Source: a virus (lineage: Duplodnaviria > Caudoviricetes). Taken from it: a stretch of DNA of 60,769 nucleotides. Of the stretch, positions 19,227 through 29,286 are shown in pieces. A program made the translations under genes and the position numbers. Location: IMG/VR virus record IMGVR_UViG_3300043427_002600, positions 1 to 60,769 of that record. The stretch is one strand, 5' to 3'. Positions within the stretch are counted from its first letter, which is position 1; each line of letters begins with the position of its first letter. The notes under the pieces were generated by a model that made no database searches, was not told the origin of the DNA, and saw only the letters and a list, made by a program, of their open reading frames with translations.

Positions 19227-20932
19227 ATATATGAACGATCACCATATTCATCTGCATTCCATATCTCAGTGCTATCGAGTTTATTCTCATTAGTTGCAAA
19301 CATCCAACGATCTCCAGTCTTTTCTTCAACTACGACACTCATATCTTCCAATCCATCAGAAATAAATCCGAATGGGGACATATCCTGATCTATTTGATTT
19401 TTTTGTTCTTCATAAATTCTTTTGCGAACATCATTATCAGTCATTTCTTTGAAATAATCTTGAGCGACTAACCAAGAAAAAATAACCAAACACATTGCTA
19501 AGTCATCATTACATCCCTCTTCTGCTTCAAATGAATTGTGTTTTTGTGAAAATGTTGTTAATTCCGAAATAATATCATAATCTACAGTTAATAACTTATC
19601 ATCTTCCATTAATGTTTTTAAGTTGGAACATCCTAGTTTTTTAACTGCGGCAGTAGTCCTTACTCCAAGTTGCGACTTCTTACCACTAAATCCCGATCCA
19701 ACAATTTGACCAGCACGACCTCTCATAGCACACATTAAAATATTATCATATTCCAAGTCAAAATGAAGAATATTTGCAACTTGATCCCCGATATCATTGA
19801 CTTCAACTAACAACCAAGCATCATTGTATCCTCTGGCAACTTCATCAATAATACTTGGGAATAACATTGGTTTAATTTCATTATTTCTATATTTTCCGAC
19901 AACTTTATATGGAAAATTACTTATATCAAATATAATAAATGCCGAATAATCATTTCCAAGACCACGAGCAACATCAACAGTTATTAAGTAGTTATGTTCT
20001 TCTTGAGGATTTTCATAGATGTCCAAACCAGCATTTCTCTTTATTGGATCTTCATAAACAAAATTTCTAAGTTTTGCTGGATTAATTAATGTGTTAATAG
20101 ATCCTAAAAATTCACATTCAAACTCAACTTTAAATTGCTGCTCGCTAGTGTTAGCAATTGTTTGTTCTCTCCATTTTTCATCTCTTCCAGGAACTTCTGA
20201 CCAATGGACATCAGTGGGAATATATTCATTTTTCTTACGTTCCGCATCATGCCACATACGGTAAAAGTGATTCATACCACGAGGAGTGGATACGATAATT
20301 ACTTTTGTTGATTGTCCCGAAGAAATAGTAGGATAAACGGAAGCGAAGAAATCATCGGCAATATGATTTGGAATGAAAGCAAATTCGTCTAAAAATATAA
20401 TATTATAAGATCCACCACGAACAGCAGATGCTGATGTAGAAGCGGCAATGATTTTAGATCCATTTTCAAGCTCTAAGCTACCTCTGTTCCACTGTAAGAC
20501 ACCTTGCTGCATCCATTTGGGTAAATTTTCATATGCTAGTTGTAGGCGCTGCAAAAGGTCTCTGGCTGTCGATGCTTTGTTTGCGAGAATAGCAATATTC
20601 ACATTATCATTAAAGACCGCATAATGTAAAAGATAAGACACGCAAGTTGTTGATTTGCCAGTCTGACGAGGCATCTTGCAAATATTGAAACGGTTCTTAT
20701 GAAACCTTGAAATTAATTTTTCTTGAAATGGATATAATTCAAACGGAACAAGACCGTGATCCAAAGAAACAATTTTAATATAATTTCTAGCAAAATATAC
20801 CGGATCCTCTTTGCATTTAAAAAATTCTAGAATCTGTTCTTGAGACCATTGTATGGTAGTGTTTGCCTTTTTTAAATTGGGATTGGATAGATAGGCATCA
20901 CCCTGTTTTAATTGAATATCTTGAATTGCCAT
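19211..20932 (-). CDS. g17: Terminase large subunit gp17
   Basis: RQTGKST Walker A, IIFLDEFAF Walker B, VDVARG and NDDLAM nuclease motifs. Confidence 0.97.
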   Translation of the reverse strand: MAIQDIQLKQGDAYLSNPNLKKANTTIQWSQEQILEFFKCKEDPVYFARNYIKIVSLDHGLVPFELYPFQEKLISRFHKNRFNICKMPRQTGKSTTCVSYLLHYAVFNDNVNIAILANKASTARDLLQRLQLAYENLPKWMQQGVLQWNRGSLELENGSKIIAASTSASAVRGGSYNIIFLDEFAFIPNHIADDFFASVYPTISSGQSTKVIIVSTPRGMNHFYRMWHDAERKKNEYIPTDVHWSEVPGRDEKWREQTIANTSEQQFKVEFECEFLGSINTLINPAKLRNFVYEDPIKRNAGLDIYENPQEEHNYLITVDVARGLGNDYSAFIIFDISNFPYKVVGKYRNNEIKPMLFPSIIDEVARGYNDAWLLVEVNDIGDQVANILHFDLEYDNILMCAMRGRAGQIVGSGFSGKKSQLGVRTTAAVKKLGCSNLKTLMEDDKLLTVDYDIISELTTFSQKHNSFEAEEGCNDDLAMCLVIFSWLVAQDYFKEMTDNDVRKRIYEEQKNQIDQDMSPFGFISDGLEDMSVVVEEKTGDRWMFATNENKLDSTEIWNADEYGDRSYMWEYH

Positions 20933-20933
20933 A

Positions 20934-22271
20934 TCAATAAATCTCTCTCCACCTCATAGAAACTCCAACATTAGTGCTAGCATCACCTATATTAGATACT
21001 CTAACTGAAAAAATTTCAGAGTCTGTAGAATCAAAATTTTGAGATAAGAAATTTTTCTTTGAAGTTGGCCCTGATTGGGCATCTGCAGTTGTTGCTGATG
21101 GTTTTTGTTGATTTTGACTTTCTCCTGCAGCATATCCACCCATAAAATCTTCAAAATACGCTGTACTAATTCCAGTTAGAGATTGATTATATTCGACAAC
21201 AGATTCATCATTTTCAGAAACCCAAGTTCCTAATCCACTAAGAGCAACAGAACTTCGTAACTTCACAACCTCATATTTTATATTAGCACCATTTGTAAAT
21301 ACAGAAACATCTTCAAGTTTTACTGTTGCTCTATTTGGATATCCCTTGAATGAATTTTTAAGTCTAATTGCAAGAATAGGAACTGTAGTACCTATTCCAA
21401 CAGTTCTAAGATTTGTTGTATGTGAATATTCTCTGCCTGCTTCTGTATATCCACCTTCACTCATCACGGTAGAACAAATTTGAATAAATGAACCACCAGC
21501 ACCTACTTGTGCTCCAGTATTTCTAACCTCACATCTTACTGGAAGATTTGGATTAGACATATAAACGGTTGGAAGAACATTTGAATTATAAAATTCGTGA
21601 GCAATAACATTTAATCCATTAATACTGAATCCACAACGAACTCTACCTACACCCAACCACTCAAAGTCGGTCATGAATAATTGGGTTTTGGTGATGTCTA
21701 AATTAAATCTTGAGGGACCATTTCCGTCCAGAGTATCCTTATTCCATTGAGATTGTGGAACTCTTCTGTCTGAAGCAATCCCAGTTACATAAGACCTGAT
21801 TACAAAACTCAAAGTTCCATCTGGTGCCTGCTCAAAGAAAATACCATCTCTATCATCAAAATATCCAGTCCTCTTATAAACGTTTTGCTGTGCTGCACCA
21901 AAATTAAATGTTGAATAAATTACCTGTGATTTGCCAGGCATATAATGATGATATCTCTTTGTCTGGTGAATACAGTATCCATTCGTGCTGATACCAGAAC
22001 TTAAAATTGCTGCTGCCTGATTACCATCGAAACTTACAGATGCTCCAGTTCCCACCTTTACATCTATAAAGTCTGGGTCAATAGCATAAAGATGCTTATA
22101 ATCTCCAAGAGTATATGGATTTGATGTTCTTAATCTTCCAAAAGCATCTCCAGAAAATCCTTGTCCAAGATCTTCATAAATTTCTCCATACTTATTAGCC
22201 CTCATATAAACCTCAAAGAGGGTTCTCTCTTGGTTTAAATAATCTTGTTCGTTCTTATTCCACTGTGCCAT
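20934..22271 (-). CDS. Hypothetical beta-rich protein, putative virion component
   Basis: 445 aa; DAFGRLRTS and DFEWLGVGRVR segments; inserted upstream of g17. Confidence 0.6.
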   Translation of the reverse strand: MAQWNKNEQDYLNQERTLFEVYMRANKYGEIYEDLGQGFSGDAFGRLRTSNPYTLGDYKHLYAIDPDFIDVKVGTGASVSFDGNQAAAILSSGISTNGYCIHQTKRYHHYMPGKSQVIYSTFNFGAAQQNVYKRTGYFDDRDGIFFEQAPDGTLSFVIRSYVTGIASDRRVPQSQWNKDTLDGNGPSRFNLDITKTQLFMTDFEWLGVGRVRCGFSINGLNVIAHEFYNSNVLPTVYMSNPNLPVRCEVRNTGAQVGAGGSFIQICSTVMSEGGYTEAGREYSHTTNLRTVGIGTTVPILAIRLKNSFKGYPNRATVKLEDVSVFTNGANIKYEVVKLRSSVALSGLGTWVSENDESVVEYNQSLTGISTAYFEDFMGGYAAGESQNQQKPSATTADAQSGPTSKKNFLSQNFDSTDSEIFSVRVSNIGDASTNVGVSMRWREIY

Positions 22272-22287
22272 TTTGTATTACTCCTAT

Positions 22288-22596
22288 TCAATCAGACCAA
22301 GAAAATTTTTCAGGTCTATATCTTTGCGAACTCTTAATAGTTATATCACTATTTGTTGATGGGTAAATGTTATGAACAATTGCTCCAGGATATTCTCCCT
22401 GAAGTTGCTCGGCAAGTTTAGTTTTATCCATCATTTGCCCACCAATTTCTAAACGATATATCTTTCCTTCCCAAACAACATCAGCGATAAAAGATTCGCT
22501 TGTAGTTTCTGGTTGGGGAGAATTCATATAAAGATTCCCATTGAAATCTCCGGCGATATTGATGCTTTCTGAAATAAATTGTTGAAATGATTTCAT
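22288..22596 (-). CDS. Hypothetical protein with CTS-like N-terminus
   Basis: MKSFQQFISES start; 102 aa. Confidence 0.65.
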   Translation of the reverse strand: MKSFQQFISESINIAGDFNGNLYMNSPQPETTSESFIADVVWEGKIYRLEIGGQMMDKTKLAEQLQGEYPGAIVHNIYPSTNSDITIKSSQRYRPEKFSWSD

Positions 22597-23006
22597 TACT
22601 TATCCTTTTCTCTTAAGTAATCTATCGCTGCTTGTAAATTATTTATGTTATCTTTAAAATTTCCCAATCCTCTATTACAGTGGTTACATAACATACCTCT
22701 AAATTTTCCTGTTCCATGATTATGATCCATTACCAAAGCATAAACTTTACCTAAATGTTTGTTATATCTTGAACCTGCAAGTTCATTACCACCACATATA
22801 TCACATTTTTCTTGTTTTCTCAATTCTTTAACTTCATCATCTGAAAGTTGACCTCTAAACTTTCCCCTGTTTATTTCACTTCTATAAGATGCTCTACATT
22901 TTCTACACCAACTATCTAAACCATCTTTACATTTATTATGAGGTGGAAAATTTATAGTGTCTCTTGGTTTTTCTTTTTTACACCTAGTACAGATTTTTGT
23001 ATTCAT
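22596..23006 (-). CDS. Endonuclease VII-like HNH (homing) endonuclease
   Basis: N-terminal CxxC..CxxC, CDICG, DHNHGTGKFRGMLCNHCNRGLG. Confidence 0.85.
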   Translation of the reverse strand: MNTKICTRCKKEKPRDTINFPPHNKCKDGLDSWCRKCRASYRSEINRGKFRGQLSDDEVKELRKQEKCDICGGNELAGSRYNKHLGKVYALVMDHNHGTGKFRGMLCNHCNRGLGNFKDNINNLQAAIDYLREKDK

Positions 23007-23050
23007 ACCTTTTCATTACTCTATTATTTATGTAATGAAAAGGTATGAAT
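23001..23050 (-). promoter_or_regulatory. Perfect 19-bp hairpin covering the endonuclease start codon, with a late promoter in the loop
   Basis: ATTCATACCTTTTCATTAC (23001-23019) / GTAATGAAAAGGTATGAAT (23032-23050); CATAAATA on the minus strand at 23025-23032. Confidence 0.85.
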
Positions 23051-24435
23051 TAACACTTCCATCTTCTTCTTGCTTTGCAAATTGGTTTATCTGGAGTTTT
23101 AGAGCAATCTATATTGTGCATATCTCTTTGACCTGCAGATCGTGAACAAAAATTCTTACGACGTTTTGCCCTTTTACCTTTTGGTTTTTTCTCAGTTACT
23201 GCAGTTTGAAGTTTTGACCCAGGATTTTCACGACGATAAGCATTTACTGCTGCTTGACTTAATCCATCTGTTTTATCTTGGCGATTCACTTTTTGCCAAT
23301 CTTCAAATAATCCAAGATCTGCTCTCCAATTTGAAAGTTCTTCCTTTTTTACGCAACGATTATAAGTTTTTCCAAAAAGTTTTTGAGTTCCTGTTTTTTT
23401 ATATCCAGTCCAACATTTTTTCGATTCTTCCACAACATCATGCTCTCCACTATCTATATAATCCGCTGCAGCATCAAGATAATCTGCTGCTTTTGTGATT
23501 TTTGACTGAACCCAAGCTTCAATATTACCCTCGCCTTTTAATTTTCCACGAAGTCTTCTTGCTGCAGAAATAATTGTAGAAAGTTCAGATCGGGCCATTG
23601 AATGCTCATGATCGTATTGTTTAGACTCTGGGAAATTTCCTGGATGTGGAGTATTTGGGTCATAATCTTTACCAAAAAGACTAGGTAAAGAGTACATATC
23701 CCAATATTTTGGACCATACTTACACTCACCGCGAGTCTCGTCTTTTTTACACTTAGGGCAAAATCTAATCATTTCCATAGCCTCTGATTTTGTACCCCAA
23801 TTGTCAGCACCCACTTTTCTACACCTTACAAGTGCCCCCGAAGCATATGCACTTGGCCAGATTTTATATCTACTTTTTACTTTATGATAACAAGCATCCT
23901 TTTCACCCTTCTTTTCTTGAATGTATTCTTCTTGTGTCACGATTTTTGCAGCTCCTGATCTATTTGGATTTGGATCTTCTCTACGTTTTTTAGCAGATCT
24001 TTTATTTCTTTCTTTTTTACTCATATTTGCACGATCATCGGGATCACGACAAAATGGTTTTGTCGTTTGACCTGGTTGTTTTGCACATGGCTTACCATCA
24101 TACTTTCCACCAGTTTGAACCCAACCACCATCATCAAACCACCTATCTAACCTGCCATTATAATCCTTTGCTTTAATTCCATCAGTTGCTTCTTTCACAT
24201 CATTAAATTTTTTATGGTCTTTTTTAGCATCAGATTCCATTTTTTTCAGACGAGTATAATAATCTGGGATTTCATCAAGATGCTGCAGAGCAATATCAGT
24301 AGCAAGGTCTTTATCTTTTGTATGCTCATATTCAATAGGGATTCCCATTCCCAGTTGATTCTTTATAAAAGAAACTTCTAAACGATGTTTCTTTGCAATT
24401 TGCTCAACCGTTTTATGAGATTTTAATTTATGCAC
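23050..24435 (-). CDS. Multi-module basic late protein (putative packaged polyprotein)
   Basis: 461 aa, GTG start; several small Cys/Lys-rich modules separated by x-x-E sites; CTAAATA at 24460-24466. Confidence 0.65.
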   Translation of the reverse strand: MHKLKSHKTVEQIAKKHRLEVSFIKNQLGMGIPIEYEHTKDKDLATDIALQHLDEIPDYYTRLKKMESDAKKDHKKFNDVKEATDGIKAKDYNGRLDRWFDDGGWVQTGGKYDGKPCAKQPGQTTKPFCRDPDDRANMSKKERNKRSAKKRREDPNPNRSGAAKIVTQEEYIQEKKGEKDACYHKVKSRYKIWPSAYASGALVRCRKVGADNWGTKSEAMEMIRFCPKCKKDETRGECKYGPKYWDMYSLPSLFGKDYDPNTPHPGNFPESKQYDHEHSMARSELSTIISAARRLRGKLKGEGNIEAWVQSKITKAADYLDAAADYIDSGEHDVVEESKKCWTGYKKTGTQKLFGKTYNRCVKKEELSNWRADLGLFEDWQKVNRQDKTDGLSQAAVNAYRRENPGSKLQTAVTEKKPKGKRAKRRKNFCSRSAGQRDMHNIDCSKTPDKPICKARRRWKC

Positions 24436-24448
24436 AATGATAAAAAAA

Positions 24449-24871
24449 TTACTCCTTATTATTTAGAAAACCTTGCTTTAGTAATTTTGAAAGTTCTGTA
24501 GTTGAACCAATAAACACGGCGTTGTTGGTTACATTATTAGATGTTTTTGTAGATTCATCTTCAACATCTTTTAATTTCTTTTGGAGATCTATTAATTTAT
24601 CAGTTACATCACCCACATTTTTTATAAGTTGTCCAGCAACTTCATATGCTCTTGGAGATGCAGAATCTCCGGCAAGTTCCATAATTCCATTAATCGCCTC
24701 CTGTCCCTTTTCAATCAATGAATATAGATTTGCTCTCGTATATTCGTAATCCTTTTTAATATCATCAGGTTTTAAAGGTGATACTGTTATATCTGTCGCA
24801 ACCTTATCCACTTCTACAATACTACTCTCAATATTGAGGGATTGGTCCAACTTATCATAATTATTTTTCAT
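24449..24871 (-). CDS. g16: Terminase small subunit gp16
   Basis: DYEYTRANL, SPRAYEVAGQLIK, FIGSTTEL. Confidence 0.92.
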   Translation of the reverse strand: MKNNYDKLDQSLNIESSIVEVDKVATDITVSPLKPDDIKKDYEYTRANLYSLIEKGQEAINGIMELAGDSASPRAYEVAGQLIKNVGDVTDKLIDLQKKLKDVEDESTKTSNNVTNNAVFIGSTTELSKLLKQGFLNNKE

Positions 24872-24876
24872 AGAAT

Positions 24877-25677
24877 TTAAATATCACTTTGTTGAGTTGG
24901 GCTATATTCCTTACTATCAAAGAATACTTCTCTAGTTTCATTGAATCCAAAATCATCTTCTGGTTCCGCATCAATTGGATCTGGGACAACAGTATATCTC
25001 ATTTCTCTCTTTGCTGTTGTGGTATCAGAACTACTATAATAATCAACTTGAACTTTGCGAATAAGACCCTCAGTAGATTCTGCAATTGGTCCGAACATAT
25101 AAGTTTTTGCGGTAAAATTAAAAGTATATATTAAAACTCTTCTTGTAGAGAAATCTCCTTCATAATCATCGGTAAATGATACATTATCTAAAACTATAGG
25201 AATATCTTTTTTTTCACCTATAGAATCAATTAAATCTACGGTTAAATTGAATGACGGTTGAAAGTATGGCAATATTTGTTCCACAACTTGCAAAGCATCA
25301 TCTTGCAATTTAGACATTAAATTTAATTGAAATCCAATATTATATGGAACTGGCATATAAACTTTTTTTACATCACCATCACCACCACAAGATTTAAAAA
25401 TTTGAGTAACGTTAGACTTCCTTGTGGGATCATACTGAATAGATGTCATTTCAAACGACAATCTGGGTAAAGTCATTGCAATTGGTTTATTTAATTCTGG
25501 TTGTTGTTCGATTCTTGCCAAAAACTTTTGAATAGGTCCATATGCTAAGGGAATTTTTATCTGACTAATACTATCTCCAGATGAATTTTTATGCCTTACA
25601 TTGATATCATTAAACAACGTACCAAATGCAATTACTGTTTTTCTAATAATTTCGTGATAAAAATAAGTTCCTAACAT
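24877..25677 (-). CDS. g15: Tail sheath stabilizer gp15
   Basis: YFYHEIIRK, IPLAYGP, QVVEQILPYFQP. Confidence 0.93.
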   Translation of the reverse strand: MLGTYFYHEIIRKTVIAFGTLFNDINVRHKNSSGDSISQIKIPLAYGPIQKFLARIEQQPELNKPIAMTLPRLSFEMTSIQYDPTRKSNVTQIFKSCGGDGDVKKVYMPVPYNIGFQLNLMSKLQDDALQVVEQILPYFQPSFNLTVDLIDSIGEKKDIPIVLDNVSFTDDYEGDFSTRRVLIYTFNFTAKTYMFGPIAESTEGLIRKVQVDYYSSSDTTTAKREMRYTVVPDPIDAEPEDDFGFNETREVFFDSKEYSPTQQSDI

Positions 25678-27071
25678 TAGTAGTTGCCAAATGGATTTGA
25701 TTGTGAAAAATCTATAATTTGATCCGCCTCATCCTGTATCACTTTGTTTTCTCCATATTTATCATAAAGATCCCATTCGTTTGCAATTGATACTGCATAA
25801 GTTGCAGAAGAAGATGACCCTACAATAATTTCTCCAGGATAAAATCCGGAGTTATTTTCACCAATATTTGCAAAGGATACTTTTAATACTTTGGTATCAT
25901 AGTCCCATGATTTAACTCTTGCTTGAGTTCCTGAAGTGGAACCCGTAATAATTTCATTAAATATATAGGTTCCGAATCCACTTAAAGATGGTGGGTTTGC
26001 AATGGTAACTATTGGTGCTTGAGTATAACCCGCACCCGAATTGGAAATTCTAATTGCAGAAACCTCATTATTTGTTCCCAGAGAAGCAATCCCAACAGCC
26101 GTCTCTCCAGTTCCAACAGAACCTGTAATCGTTATTACTGGTTTAGTTTTATACCCACTACCAACATTTAACATACTAAATGAAATAATTCCATTATTAA
26201 CTGTTTCTATAGAGCAAGTTGCTGCAGCACCAGATCCCCCACCCCCAGATATGGTAATAGTTGGTGCTACGGTATATCCAGATCCTGCGTTAATTAAAAG
26301 TATTTCTTTAACGGATCTAACTCCACCAAATGATGAGGTTATTGCAACTGCCGACGCATTTATCCCACCAGATGGTGCGGTGGATATAGAAACTGTTGGG
26401 TTCCCAGTATAAGCATAACCATCATTATTTAAATAAATTTTTCGTATATATCCCGTTCCAATTGTTGCAGATGCCGTTGCAGTTGATCCACTACCAATCA
26501 ATGTTAATGTTGTAATATATCCTTCATCTTGAACTTGAGTATCAATTTCTTCGATACTGGTATCAATAACTTCATCTTCATACTCAAATAATTCACATTT
26601 CAATTCATAAACATATAATTTTCCCAATTGATAAAATGGTTGCTCGTGTTCAACAAATTTAACTTCAAATAATCTTTGCCCTAATGGAAAATAAACCAGA
26701 TCGCCCTCCCTAGGGCGTGTCGATAATTCAATTTCATCATCATCATCTGTTTCTAAAAATGGAGAGATAAAATCTTCAAATCTCTCTCTTGAAATAAGTA
26801 AGCTTACCTCATCCTTTAAACTAACCCCAAATTTTGATAAAATATCTCCTTGTCCAGTATATCCATCGTAATTATTTACATATGCCTCTATTGCATAGTT
26901 ATCATCAAACTTTGAAGATGATATTTCTTTTAAAACACTCTCTTTTCTTACGAATTTTCTTGGAATGTAAATAACTTCTACACCATAAATTTTAAGCTGC
27001 TCATTAATCAACTCTTGAATGAGTCTCTGCTCATTTGGTGATCCCTGTAAGAAGAACGGATTAAGTGCCAT
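25677..27071 (-). CDS. g14: Neck protein gp14 with inserted GxGY beta-repeats
   Basis: RPREGDLVYFP, EHEQPFYQLGK, C-terminal DFSQSNPFG. Confidence 0.92.
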   Translation of the reverse strand: MALNPFFLQGSPNEQRLIQELINEQLKIYGVEVIYIPRKFVRKESVLKEISSSKFDDNYAIEAYVNNYDGYTGQGDILSKFGVSLKDEVSLLISRERFEDFISPFLETDDDDEIELSTRPREGDLVYFPLGQRLFEVKFVEHEQPFYQLGKLYVYELKCELFEYEDEVIDTSIEEIDTQVQDEGYITTLTLIGSGSTATASATIGTGYIRKIYLNNDGYAYTGNPTVSISTAPSGGINASAVAITSSFGGVRSVKEILLINAGSGYTVAPTITISGGGGSGAAATCSIETVNNGIISFSMLNVGSGYKTKPVITITGSVGTGETAVGIASLGTNNEVSAIRISNSGAGYTQAPIVTIANPPSLSGFGTYIFNEIITGSTSGTQARVKSWDYDTKVLKVSFANIGENNSGFYPGEIIVGSSSSATYAVSIANEWDLYDKYGENKVIQDEADQIIDFSQSNPFGNY

Positions 27072-27913
27072 TATCCAATAAAATCGTAAGGTGGTAATTC
27101 ATAATCCATTGACATTCTCTGTCTTAAACTTTCAAGTTCTCTTTCTGCATCATCGTACATTTCTCTACCGTTCAACTCAATTCCACCAGGAAGTTTTACT
27201 CCCCTAAATTTAATTAGATTTTGTCCCCACTGCCTCTTCATTAAGGAGGTTAGATATTTTTTCAAAAAACTATCATTATAAACTTTGGTAAAATCGTTTG
27301 GATCTAAAATTCTATAACAATCTATAACAATAAAAGTATCTTTATTTTGAGAATTCCAATCAATATCGAGATACATTCTATTTTGTCTTTTATTAAATCT
27401 AATTTGCTTATCTGTAGTTAAAAGAAAATCAATATCTTCTAGATAACTTTTAACCATAGCATATTGTAATAATTCAACTGAGTTAAAGTAATATAAGTCA
27501 TTCAAGAATAATTGATATTTGATACTGAACATTCCACCAGAAATAGAACTAGTATCAAATTTAAATACTTTTTCAATTCCAATTACTGAATCAGGAACTT
27601 GAATAAAATTAGAATTTTCGTAAAAATTAAACGATGTAGTTCCTATACCAGAAATATTTGCCGTACCAGTCGTTGTTACAATACCTACACCGTTTGTTCC
27701 TTTCCCTCTTCCTCTATTTAAATCTTCTTCGGTAATTTTATACTTCAAATACATTCTTTCAACACCATCAAAGTGTCTTTCATGGAAATATTGTAAGGCA
27801 TCATCTACTAAATCATCTATCTGCTCGTCGGCTAAATTAATTTCTAAGACTGGAGCGCCTAACCTTCTTAGGCAATAATCTATTAATTCTTGCCTACTAC
27901 TTGGTTTTGACAT
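27071..27913 (-). CDS. g13: Neck protein gp13
   Basis: YCLRRLGAPVLEIN, KRQWGQNLIKF, LPGGIELNG. Confidence 0.93.
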   Translation of the reverse strand: MSKPSSRQELIDYCLRRLGAPVLEINLADEQIDDLVDDALQYFHERHFDGVERMYLKYKITEEDLNRGRGKGTNGVGIVTTTGTANISGIGTTSFNFYENSNFIQVPDSVIGIEKVFKFDTSSISGGMFSIKYQLFLNDLYYFNSVELLQYAMVKSYLEDIDFLLTTDKQIRFNKRQNRMYLDIDWNSQNKDTFIVIDCYRILDPNDFTKVYNDSFLKKYLTSLMKRQWGQNLIKFRGVKLPGGIELNGREMYDDAERELESLRQRMSMDYELPPYDFIG

Positions 27914-28542
27914 TAATAAGTACCTCCATCTAAAACACTTGCCCAGGTAGGGATACCTGAAGAGTTAGTTGAAACTATATAGTTGGTTTCGGATATGGAT
28001 GTTGAGGTTGTTCCAGTTGAAACTAACTTATCATTTTGATCAAAATATGCAATTCCATATGGTTCTCCAATTGGATAATATAAAAATTGACCAACTGTTA
28101 AAATGCCAGTAATGTTGCCATTGCGAGCAGTAAATTCATCAAATACTAAATCATCAGAAATATATAAATCGCCACCAACATAAAGGTCTCCACCAGTCGT
28201 TGTAATTCCACCATTTGCGGCAAGAGTAGAAATTCCTGCGACATAAAGAGTTCCTGACAATGAAGCATCATTGGCAGTAAAATCATCAAAAACTATATCA
28301 TCCTGAACGTATAAATCTCCTCCGATATATACATCATTTCGAAAAGTTGCCAGACCAACAAAGGTAGATAAACCACTTACACTCAGTTGAGTTACTGAGG
28401 CAATTCCCCCAATTACATTTTCTGCAATTATTGCAGTTCCTCCAGCAGATCCTGAAACGCTGGATACAACTTTTATAGAGTTTTGTTGTCCAACTCTTAC
28501 TTTTGTATTTTGTTGATCAAATTTAACTCTAATATCCGACAT
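27913..28542 (-). CDS. Short fibre-like structural protein
   Basis: Internal repeat GGDLYV..DD(I/L)VFD(D/E)FTA; C-terminal LDGGTY. Confidence 0.6.
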   Translation of the reverse strand: MSDIRVKFDQQNTKVRVGQQNSIKVVSSVSGSAGGTAIIAENVIGGIASVTQLSVSGLSTFVGLATFRNDVYIGGDLYVQDDIVFDDFTANDASLSGTLYVAGISTLAANGGITTTGGDLYVGGDLYISDDLVFDEFTARNGNITGILTVGQFLYYPIGEPYGIAYFDQNDKLVSTGTTSTSISETNYIVSTNSSGIPTWASVLDGGTY

Positions 28543-28883
28543 TATCGGGTAACTCCTTCTCTTACGAGAACCATTCCCTCAATAACTCTATTTTTAATTC
28601 CTTGAGAATCTGTGATAAGAATATCATATACATATCTTCCAGGTTTTAAATTTTGAGTTTCAGTAGATCCTAAACTGATAGCAATTTTCCCCAGAGTTTT
28701 GGGAACAATAATAGTAGAACCGAAAGATACTGCTGTAGAACTTCCTGCCCATTTTCTTATCTGGGCGTTAACATCATAATCTGTTAGATTTAATGCTGAA
28801 TTATCGGAACCTTCTAAAGTAAAAGATTGAGTAAAATCGGAACCAGCATTAATAACTAAATTATTTACATATACTGATGCCAT
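28542..28883 (-). CDS. Small virion structural protein
   Basis: NAGSDFTQSF, LKPGRYVYD, RVIEGMVLVREGVT; CATAAATA at 28908-28915. Confidence 0.7.
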   Translation of the reverse strand: MASVYVNNLVINAGSDFTQSFTLEGSDNSALNLTDYDVNAQIRKWAGSSTAVSFGSTIIVPKTLGKIAISLGSTETQNLKPGRYVYDILITDSQGIKNRVIEGMVLVREGVTR

Positions 28884-28910
28884 CTATTTTTTTTGAGATC
28901 TACTTCTTAT

Positions 28911-29096
28911 TTATGTTTCAAAAACTCCAGAAGAACCCAAGGAATTAATTACCTCCTGCTGTTTTAAATATAATTTGCAGTAGAGTTTTGAAAAATTTTT
29001 TAGTTCTTCTAAATTCAATTCGTCTATAATACGAGAATGTTTCTCAAATTCAAACATCTTATCAATTGTATCAAGTTCTATATTATTTGGATTCAT
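28911..29096 (-). CDS. Hypothetical protein
   Basis: 61 aa, overlaps the upstream ORF in the operon. Confidence 0.65.
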   Translation of the reverse strand: MNPNNIELDTIDKMFEFEKHSRIIDELNLEELKNFSKLYCKLYLKQQEVINSLGSSGVFET

Positions 29097-29286
29097 TTAT
29101 CAACTCCTTCAATAAAGATTTAATTTCTTCTATATCAGACTTCATTTTTTCTATTTCATTTTTTTGAGTTTCTCTATTATGCAAACTATTAATATATTGA
29201 TTATACGATTGATTGTCCCGATTTACTATAGCACCGGTGTTTTCATCACGATATAAATTAGGATGTCCCTTTACCCGTATCATCAT
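29083..29286 (-). CDS. Hypothetical coiled-coil protein
   Basis: VKGHPNLYRDENTGAIVN followed by a coiled coil; typical of the gene after VrlC-like. Confidence 0.7.
   Translation of the reverse strand: MMIRVKGHPNLYRDENTGAIVNRDNQSYNQYINSLHNRETQKNEIEKMKSDIEEIKSLLKELINESK

Noticed and set aside
3045-20932. Introns or inteins in g46, uvsW, g20, g17
   Set aside because: ORFs are continuous and of normal length with no splicing motifs seen
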